Below, piece by piece: positions 13,220-25,545 of a stretch of 64,000 nucleotides of DNA. Source of the DNA: Eledone cirrhosa. Taxonomy: Eukaryota. The notes beneath the pieces were generated by a model that had not been told where the DNA came from, searched no databases, and was given only the letters and a program-made list of their open reading frames with translations. The stretch covers positions 4,960,001 through 5,024,000 of the forward strand of contig OZ024746.1 in the NCBI GenBank assembly GCA_964016885.1. The letters run 5' to 3'. The first letter of the stretch is position 1. Each line of letters starts with the position of its first letter. The position numbers were made by a program, and so were the translations under genes.

Positions 13220-16121
13220 TTAACCATGAAGCTGTGTCTTATAAATAAAAAAAACATGCCCAACAGACAAAATACCTAGAGTAACAAATGACACACTTGG
13301 AGAACTACGATACAGAGAAAAATGTAAAGACTTCTGGAGAATTCTATAGTTCTGAATGTGTTGCTCATCTTGACCTTTACTTCCTTTAGGAACCATGACA
13401 TGATCATCAACATAGCATTAAGATCATCATCAACATAGCATTAAGTCAATCACAACTTCCATGGACACATTGCACTAACAGTAAATGACAAATTGGACAT
13501 GATAATTGAAATCTACTGCAGATCGTAAACAGATATAGAAGATAAACATGGGAAAGAGAAACCAAAAAATATATATACAAATACAGGTGATATCAGCAGA
13601 GTCAGGAGATGTGTTTAAGGTTCAGATAAATTAAACCAGTCTGTGTCATTCTCGTGGTCACCAATATTGTGGAGTGTTTCAAGCTGGTAATGAGAGTGTG
13701 TTAAGAAATAGGTGAAGTTTTGTTTATATGTATTTGAGAACTGGAGAGAGACAGCAGTAACTGAAGTATAGCTGTAGCAATTAGTGGATATTAAAACTAT
13801 GGGAGATTTAATGATCAGGGTTAAGGTGTTAACACTAAGTGAGGAACCAAGAGGGGGAAATGAGCAAGTAGAAACATTCACAAAACTGTTTTGGGTGTCC
13901 AGAACTATATACGGTCAAGAATTCTAAAGAACCACAGCCTGGATTAATTTATTACCAAGTGATATAGTAAACTATTATAACCATAGAAACAGTGAAAAGT
14001 TATAGGACTGGTTGATACCTCTTCAACCAAGTATACCCTTACATTCACTGCCTATAGTGGATGTTCTGAAGCTGGTAAATAAGCAGCATAAAGGTACCAT
14101 TGTAGGGTTGATGGTAAGTGGAACACAAATGAGGTTTCAGGTAACAAGTAACTTCTATATTGATAATATCAATGTGCTGGGTATGTAAACAACACAAACA
14201 CAGTAGAGACACAACCAAGTTAGATATTGAATCATGCCAGTCATAACAGCCTACACCCACAAGTCACCTATACAAAGAGACAATTACTCAAAATGAATGA
14301 CTATATGCTATAAAATATATTAAAACATTTAAATGGAAAAACTTAATTCTGAAGTTTATACTATCCAAAGGGAGAAATTATAAATATATTAAAACCATAT
14401 CACATGACTATTGTCTCAATTTCAAAGGTAATCTTTCATGAAAACATTGTTACATTTTAGAGTTTAAAATATTTAGAATCTAAATCAGTTTGCATAAAGT
14501 TAAAAGGCAAAACAGGCTTAATCTAGACAGTTTTTATTAGCAAACAACAACAAAAACTGATTTGATAACCAGCTTAAAGAAGACAAGTGATTTTAAATAA
14601 CATCATAGCAAAATATTTATCCATCCTAGTTGATTACCAACTAAATCTCAATGACAAAGTACATACAGTGTGGCAACATTTGACTCCTTCGTGATAGTTT
14701 TACTAACCATTCCTGATCAAAGAAATCACTTAAATGTGTATACTTTAGCATCAGTTGAATCAGTTTACATAACTAATCTCTTCAAGGCCACAGTGTGAGA
14801 TCAATATTCATTACTTCCAATAATAAATATCTCTCATTCAAAACATTTCAGTTTATAAGGTTATATGTAACACACCATCATTAGTTTTGTTTATTTTCCC
14901 ATTCTGGCATGAGTTAGCCAACCATTGAAAGCAATCTAAAAAAATAAAAGACCAATATAACAGTTCCTAGTTGGTATCTGCTGAAACCTACACAACCTCA
15001 ACAACTATATACTAACTTCCATCAATATCCCTAAAAGTTATAATCATGCTAAATATTATTAACCCTTTAGTTACCAGACCAGGCAAAACCAGTTCTGGTT
15101 CTATGAAATAAAACCACCCATTTTAAAGGTTTCCAATTTAAATTAAAATCTTCCAACATAATATTATATAAGAACCTTACATTAAATTACTATCTTAGTA
15201 ATGAAATAATAATTTTATTAAATGGCTCAAAATTCTTCATTAATCAATTAAAACAATGTATTTCATTAGAAATGTGGCCATGAATTAAAAACACCTCTTC
15301 AAAACTTACATGCCATCAAATAAAAACACACACAAAACAGATGTGCACAATTCTTTTTCATTAGTAGTTTCAAAATAATGGAAAATAAAATGAAAATAAG
15401 ACTATAAAAGAAGGTCATTAGTTCTAAATTGTACTTTCTTGGCATGCCACAAGTTTTGTTTGGCAGTGTTCATAGAAAAATAGTTCAAGGACAATGCAAT
15501 AATTTTGAAAGTAAATTATAAAAGCTTTTCATGAAAAGAGACTCCATGTCCTTTTATTGGTTTCACAGTCAGACTGCAGCCATGCAGGAGTTTCACCTCC
15601 AATGGACTTGATATCGGTGCCAGTATCTTTTTTACCCTTTTTTCACAGCTGTTGTTTATTTTACCAATCTTTTTTGTCAAACCAAGCACAAACACACACG
15701 TATATAAATATATCATCATCTCCGTTTAACATCCATTTTTCCACATTGGCATGTGAAATATACACATAACAGGTGTCTAGTTTCTACCAAATGTGATACA
15801 CAATACACAGGTCAGTAGAAAACCCTAAGCATAAAAATGACTATACTAAATAGGTCTGCCCCTTTATCCTTATTCAGGCATTAGTTGAGAATATAGGTAA
15901 CATTTCAACTAGGCACCAAAGAAACAGTAAACAGACTGTTATAAAAACAGGGCTTCTTTATAATAAAACAACAAGGAGGTAACCTAAATAAGTAAAATAC
16001 TGGAACAAACTATGATATACCATAAATGTTCTCAATGCAGTAAGTCATAAAATCATATTTTATATTCCTAAAGAAATTTAAAAATAGAAAAAAAATAGAT
16101 ACATTCATATACAAAGTTAAG

Positions 16122-16460
16122 CAAACTCCCAAAGTAAGATTACTGATCAAACACCCAAGGTAAGATTACTGATCAAACTCCCAAGGTAAGATTACTGATC
16201 AAACTCCCAAGGTAAGATTACTGATCAAACTCCCAAGGTAAGATTACTGATCAAACTCCCAAGGTAAGATTACTGATCAAACTCCCAAGGTAAGATTACT
16301 GATCAAACACCCAAGGTAAGATTACTGATCAAACACCCAAGGTAAGATTACTGATCAAACTCCCAAGGTAAGATTACTGATCAAACTCCCAAGGTAAGAT
16401 TACTGATCAAACTCCCAAGGTAAGATTACTGATCAAACTCCCAACAAGGTAAGATTATTG
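16122..16460. repeat. 26-bp minisatellite, about 13 copies (CAAACTCCCAAGGTAAGATTACTGAT)
   Basis: Direct tandem periodicity of 26 with a T/A variant position; lies in UBE2N intron 2. Confidence 0.95.
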
Positions 16461-16801
16461 AAAATAGATTAAATTTGAGGATTAACCCTTTCATGACAAC
16501 ATTTCTAATGAAATACAGTCTATTTAATTAGTTAATGAAGAATTTTGAAGGATTTACCAAAATTATTAATTATTTCATTACTAAGATAGTAACTTAATGT
16601 CAGGTTCTTATATAAAATTATGTTGGAAGATTTTAATTTAAATTAGAAACCTTTAAAATAGGTGGTTTTATTTCATAGACACTACTCCTTCCAGTGGGTC
16701 CTATCAGAAGCAACCGTCTCCAACAGATCTCAGAGATACTATCAAGTAACATTACTCCGAAGACCCATCAAATAGTTTCAATTACATGAAAGTAGACTCA
16801 C

Positions 16802-16903
16802 CTCTGATGGCCCTGAAACCACCACATGGAAATATCGAGCATTTGACTGATCAGGTGTGGCCTGTATTCCAGGTACAGGCTCAGCCATGAGCCGCTGAGT
16901 CTC
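16802..16903 (-). CDS. UBE2N: UBE2N exon 2 ([34 protein letters not shown])
   Basis: tatctag acceptor, gtgagt donor; not in the ORF track; continues MAGLPRRIIK as in Ubc13. Confidence 0.95.
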
Positions 16904-18311
16904 CTAGATAAAATAAAACAAACATTTAAAACTAGGTTTGAGTATATGTGAAAAGAAGATACAAACATCATGGATATAAAAACAAGGCATATATATCATT
17001 ACATTGAAATGGTTACTAAATATGTATGATATTTGACAATTAGAAATAAGGAAGTGAATGTAGTGTATTTGCAGCACCTGGAAAGGAACATGTTAAACAT
17101 GAACCAATATAGAAGTAACGTTAATATACAAGAACTGAGCAGAGACAATAACAGGGAGCTATAGAAATTATTAACATGATGTGACGAAGTGAAAGACACT
17201 GATTTTGGGAGGTGATATGAATGGATAATAAAAATTGCTCATAGTAGAAACAGTTATGATATGGAAAAGCAAGCATAGGGACAGGTATGGCTGTGTGGTT
17301 AAGGTATTTGCTTTGCAATCACATGGTTCTAGGTTCAGTTCTGATGCAAGGCAACTTGGGTAAGCATCTTCTACTTAGATTGTTATCTTGAGAATGGAAT
17401 TTGTTAGATGAAAACTGCAGCAGCCCACTCTGAGTGTGTATATCTATATTTATGTCCTAAACATAATGGTTTGATAAAAAGAGCTCAATAAAAATCCATT
17501 TTTCCTAACAAGTGACTAAAAGGATTAGTGTCAGCAACGGTATCTGGCTGTAGGTATATATCACCTAAATAGGTTCATGTATTGTGGAAACTTGTCTAAT
17601 ATCTGACTACATAAAAAGAGTATCATCATCATCAAATGTCCTTCCTGCTAGTAAAGTTTGGATATATCACCATAGTCCAAGTCAGTACTCAATTGAAGCT
17701 CTTTACCTCACAGACTGACTGGAAGAGGGAGGGATCTCAACATATCCCCCCCCCCCCACACACATTAGAGTGTACAATGTACACTTCATCACACCAGCCT
17801 CAGGGACTGTCATATCTATGACAGAAGTGAGGAGTCTTCTTCACCCTTTTGTTTGGCAAGTTTCCCACAGCTAGATACCCTTATTACCAAACACTGTATT
17901 GGGTGTTTTATCATGTGACCAACTCTGGGGAGGTTGTCATGCCCTTGATACACCGTTTTTTGGCATGGTTTCTATGGCTGGATGCCCTACCTATCACCAA
18001 CTACCTTACAGGGTGTACTGGGTGCACATTATCTTAGCACCAGTACTAGAGAGGTTGCCATGTTGTGATTGAAAGATCCTCCCAACCCATTAACTTGGTT
18101 ATTACAGATCTTAACACCACCCATTTTATTACAGAATGTACTGGGTGCATTTTATGACTCATACTGGGGAGGTTACCAGTCATTGTCTTGACTGAAGAAC
18201 CCTCACTATAATATGGGGGATGGGCACATCAGGGGAGAGAACAATGGATGGAGTGACAGATACCATGTGTATGGTAGGTATGGTGAAATATTTGACTAGA
18301 CGGTGCCTAAT

Positions 18312-18500
18312 ATAATTGTTTCTACTTTAGGCACAAGGCCAGTAATTACCCAGTGCATTACTGGTACTTTATTTTATCGACCCCGTAAGGATGAAAGGCA
18401 AAGTCAACCTCAGCGGGATTTGAACTCAGATCGTAAAGGGACGTAACTATGCTGGAAAGCATGGCATCCGACCTTCTACCGATACTACCAATCCACCCCT
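18312..18500 (-). mobile_element. tRNA-derived SINE family A, full length
   Basis: Reverse complement of 22294-22484. Confidence 0.85.
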
Positions 18501-19249
18501 AATATAATGCAGAGTGGACTGGACAGATTGATGCAAACAGCAACTAAGGAATTACAACTGGTGTTTTAGGATTCAAACTGGTCCTGGATAGTTGGGGGGG
18601 GGGGGTACAGTGATGGTAAGAGTATTTATGGTGCAATGGTGGGATGGAGGGAGAAACTATTTAATTAGCAAATCATCTTAAGCACATGTTTCATTAACCT
18701 ACATAATTGTTTTGTCTTGTTATTTTTCTAAACATTTTATAACAGGTTTCCTTTATTCCAGATGTCGTGGAAGATTTATAGATAACCTTAAAACTGACCT
18801 TAATAGCTTTTAGTCAGTACAAACAGCATATATAGTGCTTGCATGGGTTTTGAAATAGGTACATAGTTTCCCTGTGTGTCACAAGAGACAAAAGGTTGGT
18901 GCCAGATAGAGCAACTGGCTGTAAAACATTGTCTTAAAATATCCCACCCTAGCATGGAAAATCCTCATCATCCTTTTATGTCTAAATTCCATGGTGGCAT
19001 GGGTTGGACGAGTTGTCAAGGTTCAAGATCCAATGGGTCAGGATGACACATCTTGCTATGTTCAATATTTGGCATGGTTTCTACTGTTGGATGCCCTTCC
19101 TAATGCCTTATAGGGTGTACTGGGTGCATTTTAACAGGGCACCACCACCATTATCATCACTTTACAGAATGTACTGCATGCACTTTTTTGTGGCACTAAC
19201 CCAAAAGAATTTATCACATGCTCTTCCATACTGAAGGGTCTTTGCAAAT

Positions 19250-19682
19250 CATCACCGTTTTTATGTCCATTCTTCCACACTAGCATGGGTTAGACAGGTT
19301 GTCCTGTTGTGGGCAGTGTCCAGTCAGCTGACCTTGACTTGCTCATACGGGAACTGATTCTGGCTTGATTTCTACAGCTGGATGTCCTTCCTAACACCAA
19401 CCTCATTTACAGTGAGTGCTGGGTGCTTTTTTTCCGTGGTGCCTACACATCCACTTTACAGTGTGGGCTGGGTGCTTTTTTTTTGCCGTGGCACCTCCAC
19501 GACCACTTTGCAGTGAAATGATAGGTACCCAAGTCCTATCATCCCATTTCCACAGCTGAGTAAACTGGAGCAATGTGAAATAAAGTGTTTTGCTCAAGGA
19601 AACAACACATCACCCAGTCCGAGAATTGAACTCCTTTCGATTGCAAGCCCAATGTTCTAACCACTAAGCCATGCGCCTTCAT
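19250..19682 (-). mobile_element. tRNA-headed SINE with RTE-type 3' tail (other copies 22725-23055 and 33499-33866)
   Basis: Minus strand reads TGGCTTAGTGG...GAGTTCAATTC, then TTGAGCAAAACACTTTATTTCAC, then GTTAGGAAGGACATCCAGC...CCCATGCTAG...GGACATAAAAACG tail. Confidence 0.75.
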
Positions 19683-19814
19683 GTGGATGTAAAAATGATG
19701 ATGATGATCTAGTAGAGTGACAGAGACACACACCTGAGGAACTGACGAAGCCAGCAAGAGAAACAAGTAACCGACTTGGAAGTCATGGATAAATTGTTAT
19801 CTGAGTAATGATAT

Positions 19815-20260
19815 CTTCACCCACTGAGAGGGCCATGGGGGCCCCGAGTCCTCAAACACTCCTTCCAGTGTTTCCTGTCAGAAGCAACTGTCTCCAACTG
19901 ATTCAGAGGGATCTCCAGGCGAGACCAGTCAAGCTCATGGATGTTATTCAACCATCTTGCTTGGGGTCTATCCCTAGGTCTCCAGCCGGTTGGTTTTGCC
20001 TGTATAATCTAGCGATTTTTTCCCCTGAGACATTCTAACCACATATCCATAGTATCGAAGCTGTGATCTCTTAATTTGGAGAAATAGGGGTTCTACCTGG
20101 AGAGACTCTCCGATCTCCAAGCTACACACTATCGAGTAACGTTACTCTAAAGACTCTTTGGAGGAATCCCATTTCGGCCGCTTATATTTGCAATCGTATT
20201 CTTTTGGTCACTACCCAAAATTCATGATCATAAGTGAGGCTGGCACGAATACCAAATTGA
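19815..20260 (-). mobile_element. LINE 3' fragment, family D (other copies 16680-16790, 43956-44160, 44163-44378, 55345-55750)
   Basis: Shared CTCAAACACTCCTTCCAGTG...CTGTCAGAAGCAAC motif; (GAA)-type tail in the other copies. Confidence 0.6.
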
Positions 20261-22293
20261 AGATAGCAAATTTGATTTTTACACCTACCACCCTTCTGAT
20301 TACTGAATGCTGAAGCTGGTACATTACTGCACCAGCTCCAGCCTCCCACTTGTGAACGTGGCTCAGAGACAGAGTAATGACATTAGTGCTATCAAATTAA
20401 ATTTTAGCCATTGTCATCACTAATTTAATTTTAACACTAATGTCATTACTCGTTAGTGTTAAAATTAAATTAGAAATGACAATGACTAAAATGGAAAAAG
20501 CTAAGATATCTGAAATTTGATATCTCTGACATCTTTAACCATCACAAACTCTTACAAGATAATATCTTAATTCAAACTTTTTTTCAATCGTCATTGTGAC
20601 CACTGGTCACTCCCACATCTATAAAGGGTCTTTACTAGATTGTCCAAGTTATAACAATTGACTGGCCACTCCCACATCTATAAAGGGTCTTTACCAAATT
20701 GTCCAAGTTATAACAATTGACTGCATTTAGTTATTTTCTCTGTGTCAGTTTTTTACAATTTCTATGAATATTTTAATTTAATTCAATATTTCCCTATTTG
20801 TTTTCTCTATGATGATCCCTTTCATTTAACAACAAATATTGGTAACCTTCATAAAAATTAAATCCCTTATGATTCTTGGGTCCCACATGCTAGGGGAGGG
20901 GGTTGGAAAGCAGGAGGTAGATGTAAAATCGATAAAAAAAAAACCAGCATTAGTCGTTTAGTTTACATATTGAGACCCCAACGCATCCTATTTATTTTAT
21001 AACAAGGGATTTATTGTAATGTACTTTTTTTGTCATGTATGTTTTTTAATGTCTAAAGAAAATTGTCGCAGGAATGCTAACACTTAAAATAAAATTTTGC
21101 CAGAGATAGATTAGCAAAATTTAATAAGTGGGAGTGGGGTTGAAATAAGAAGGGTGGATGGGTGAATCTGGGAAATCAACAACCAGGTGTGTTGATTATT
21201 CGAAACCCAAGAATACATTCTATATTACAACTCAATCACCAAATTGTAAACTGAATTATGTGCATTTAAACTTTCACATTGAACAATAAGTAAACCTTGT
21301 GAAATAAATATCTTTTAGTACCATGTGTAGTCATGCCTGTGTTCTTAAGTTCACTTCACAACCATGTGCTTTCAGGTCCCGTTCTACAGTACAGCACCTT
21401 GTGCATGTCCTATTATAACCTTGGGCCAACATGAGAGCTTACTGCATACATTTTCACATTTAAAGCAAATGATGTAACTTGTTTGTGTCCAGCACAAACA
21501 ATAAATCCCGCACCATGGGAATTAAAGAAAGTAAGCAGTATATTCTATACTCTATAGTATAACAGTTTTGTTGTCATGAAGGGCATTTTAGAAAAACTGC
21601 CTCAAAAATGCTTGTCCAACACAACACACACCAGCTCATGAAGGGCATTTAGCTGTAGAAAACTGCCTCAAAAATGTTCGTCCAACACACATACCATGGG
21701 AAACAAAAATGATGATGGCCTTATGGAAACTCCAGAACCTCTGAGTCAACTGTTTAAAGCTATGGTAAGACTATATAAAAATCTGGTCATTAAAATAAAA
21801 CATTGCAGTACACTAGTATTAGTTTCCAAAATTAAATACTTTCAAAAAGCACATCATAGTATTCAGCTTTTCATAAATTACTTTCACATACTACGGTCTA
21901 ATTTCATTAATGAGTAATGCCTTTTGCAAGAAAATGGCTCTACTGTCAACACTAATTGTCACCTAGAATTACAGTAAGCTACTAGTTGCAGTAGACTGTT
22001 TTCTGTGTTTGTAATACTACCATTGAAATCTTTCATTCTTGAACCTAGAGGCTTGTTAGGCTGCAGTTTATCAGTTACATATGGTGTTAAGTAACAGAGC
22101 TCTAAGATGTATCTGAAATTCTTATTTCTGTACAGCCATATAAACATTCCATCTTTTAACATTTCTGATACCAAACTACCAGACATCAACTGTGTTTCTA
22201 CAATATTTAATTGTTTGTTTTTTAAAAGTGTATATTTTTTTTTAATTACATACAACTTTAGAATCTTTCTTTCTACATTATTTATGCTAGTAT

Positions 22294-22484
22294 AGGGCAG
22301 TGGATTGGCAGTATCGATAGAGGGTCGGACGCCATGCTTTCCAGCATAGTTACGTCCCTTTACGATCTGAGTTCAAATCCCGCCGAGGTTAACTTTACCT
22401 TTCATCCTTACAGGGTCGATAAAATAAAGTACCAGTAATGCACTGGGTATTTGCTGGCCTTGTGCCTAAAGTAGAAACAATTAT
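22294..22484 (+). mobile_element. tRNA-derived SINE family A with Nin/Deu-like central domain
   Basis: A-box TGGCAGTATCGA 22306-22317, B-box GAGTTCAAATCC 22369-22380, core CCTTTCATCCTTACAGGGTCGATAAAATAAAGTACCAG; more than 10 full or partial copies in the window. Confidence 0.85.
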
Positions 22485-24399
22485 TTATGTTAGTATATCC
22501 CCCAAAATGTGCAGCCTTTCTGGTGTGGTCAACTATTTGTTAAGTAATGTTCCAAATATCAGCTGACTAATGAAAAAATTATTTTATAGAAAACCTCCAA
22601 ATTTATTTTCCAAAATAATACTGTATTTCATTTGAAATATAGTAATGAAAGGATTAACCCCAGTGAATGTTTTGGTTAGGAGCTATACTCCTAAATTGAG
22701 CCCACACAAGCAGTGTGAGTCAATCACCATCATCATTTTACATCCGCTTTTCCCTGCTTGCAAGGGTGGGACGGGAACTGATTCTGGCTTCATTTCTACA
22801 GCTGGATGCCCTTCCTAACACCAACCTCATTTACAGCGAGTGCTGGGTGCTTTTTTGCTGTGACACCTCCACGACCACTTTGCAGTTGAATGATAGGGAC
22901 CCCAGTCCTATCATCTCATTTCTACAGCCGAGTAAACTGGAGCAATGTGAAATAAAGTGTCTTGCTCAAGGAAACAACACATCACCCGGTCTGAGAATTG
23001 AACTTACAACCTTTCGATTGCAAGCCCAATGCTCTAACCACTAAGCCATGTGGCTCCAGTCAATAAGTATGCAAAATAAATAGTTCAAAACCTAAGATAC
23101 CGATACTAGACTCATTTAACTGTAAAAAGATTAAATTGAAATAAAATTCAGTTGATTCTATTATATTACGTTCTCAAAAGAAGACTTTGAAAAGACATCT
23201 TTACAAGAAAAATTAAATAAGCACTGAATCAATTACTTTAACATAAAATACAGCAACATTGATGAAATATATGATAATTAGAAAGCAGTATGTTTCTTAA
23301 TATCTAGCCTTACATTTGATTAACGACATTCGAAACATAGTTGACAAGATTACTGTTAATGAACATTAGATGAAGACTAGTATTGAGTGTTAAAGTCTCA
23401 TAACTGTCTATATAGAAGCAGTAGACATCTATAACCAAGAAAATCTCACGTGAAACAGTTTCAATTAGCTGAACAAGAAAATTAGGTTTAATAAAGAATA
23501 TATTCACGGAAATGAGGTAGCATCAGACAAAGACAATTCTCCAGGTCAACATAACACTTACCAGAACATGAAGAATAGCTTTCTGCTGTTAGCAATGTAT
23601 AAATCCCACATACAAGACTAATTATACAAAGCAAGCCAACAGTCGAAAACATGCTATGATATTGATAAACAGGTCATCATATTTTATTCAATCTGACATA
23701 TTAGAAAAGGCAGTTCACATATTTATTCACCAGCCAATGAGAACATCAACCAGTTGACTAGAACTTACAAGATCATACACTTTGAAATACATTAGAAATT
23801 ATTGTAAAATAAATAGATCTGATTAAAATAGCAATCTACTTAGTTACAACATTGAAGCTAACATGCAGCAAGAAGATCAATGTGAAAAACATGAAATATT
23901 ACTAAACTGGCCTAGTTGATTGCAATGCTAAAGAATTGGATTTGATGTGCTGACAATTGTCTGAACGTAGCCAACATTGAAAATAATTAAAAAGAGAATG
24001 TTGTTCTGTGCTTCATTGGTAAAAGACAAATCTAAGTTTTATAATACATTTCTATTTCTTCATAGGAATCTAACCAAAATTGAACCAACACCCCTCACTC
24101 ATAGTTTACTAGATTGTTTAGCATGGTAAAAGCATTAATTTTATTAAGCTTTTTTTTTTTTTAATTCAAGCAAGAGAAATTTATATAACTAAAACTTATA
24201 ATACCTATCAATTAGCCAATTTGTATAATTAACACGTTTGTTATATTTCTAATGAAAAACACTGCATATAATTTTAAAATAATCAACAATTTGGATGGAT
24301 TTAATTCAGGAGAGCTTTGCATAATGCATATGATGAGAGGGAGGAAGAGTTCCTCCTATGTGGTAACCTACTACATACTACTGCTAAGACTTGTAGCTG

Positions 24400-25545
24400 G
24401 AGCAAAGCACCAACCACACAGACTGGGTGGATAGAGTGGTTAAAACTAAGAGGCAGGCATGGAGACAGCAAAGATCAATACTAGATAGCTTAAAAAGAAG
24501 CTAAACAAGTATTCATAGCACGCCAAGAAGCTGAGAGCAGGAGGATTGCCAATGTCTTGCGACATGAGGTGTTCTGCATCACAAAGCAGTGTGAATAAGG
24601 ATGTTGTTGAGGAAAAGTGTGTTCAAAATGACACTAGTGCATTTAGCATCACTAATGCTCACAAGAAAATGTTACCATCATCTGGTGATCTTTAAGGAAA
24701 CTAGGTGTAAAAAAAAAAAAAAAAATGGCTTGTCAGACCAGTGCAAACCAGGTACATGAGAGCTGTCAGTAAAATGAGAGTAGGAAGTGAGTTTAGTGAG
24801 GAATTGAAAGTACAGGTAAAAGTGCTTCAGGACTTGGTTCTCAGCCCACTTCTTTTTATCATAGTTCTTCTGGCCATAATAGAGGAGTTTAAGACAGGCT
24901 GTCCATGATAACTTTTGCATTCTGACGGTTTGGTTCTTAAAACTGAAGCTACAGAAGAACTAAAATCCAGGAAACAAAACTTAGAATCTAATTGAAAAGA
25001 TAGACCTTGTATGTAATAAATGTACAGGTAAAATTTGATGCTTTTGCTTCCTAGTTGATCAATTAGCAGTGGAGAATACTTAGAGAGCATAGTAGCTAGA
25101 AGAACAGGGTGGAAAAAGTTCAGGGAACTACTACCTCTGTTGACTATAAAAGGTTTCTCTCTATGAACAAAATGCCAGTTGTATGATGATTATGTGTGAT
25201 GCTTCATGGTAGTGAGGCTTGGGCAGTGGTTGAAGAGGATATGTGAATGCTGGAGAGAAATAAAGTGAGCATGCTTTGATGGCTGTGCAATGTTAATGGG
25301 CATGGATGAACTGAGAGAAAACTCTACTGGTGTGATGTTCACTGGGTGAAGAAGTGCCATGAAATCCCAGTGGAAAAAAGTCACAATAGAGGAAGATGAA
25401 GGAGGACGTGGGCTGAGGTAGTGAGAGCTGGTCTCAAATCAATGAACCTCACAAAAGAAACAATGAAGGAAAGTAATGAGTGGAGCAAGGGTGTGTTGAA
25501 AAAGACCCAGCTGACCCATACAAACATGGGAAAGTGGACATAGAG
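24400..25545 (+). mobile_element. Heavily degraded RTE LINE
   Basis: Remnants of RTGWKKFRELLPLL, HGSE.W and RPRKTW-like coding sequence with many stops and indels. Confidence 0.6.

Noticed and set aside
13615-14270. Possible ancient Penelope RT remnants (also 54000-54300)
   Set aside because: Only faint motif resemblance; a profile search is needed to support it.
19742-19770. Other hammerhead-like strings (CTGACGA...GAAAC here; minus-strand candidates near 42155-42195 and 42840-42875)
   Set aside because: Stem I or stem II does not pair, or core bases are altered; too weak to call.
20602-20722. Small direct duplications (also 13402-13445, 21574-21690, 31633-31800, 36528/36736)
   Set aside because: Ordinary slippage-type intronic duplications with no additional signal.
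22294-22390. tRNA genes suggested by A and B boxes (also 4419, 30120, 59868, 60698)
   Set aside because: No complete cloverleaf; each continues into a repeated SINE body.
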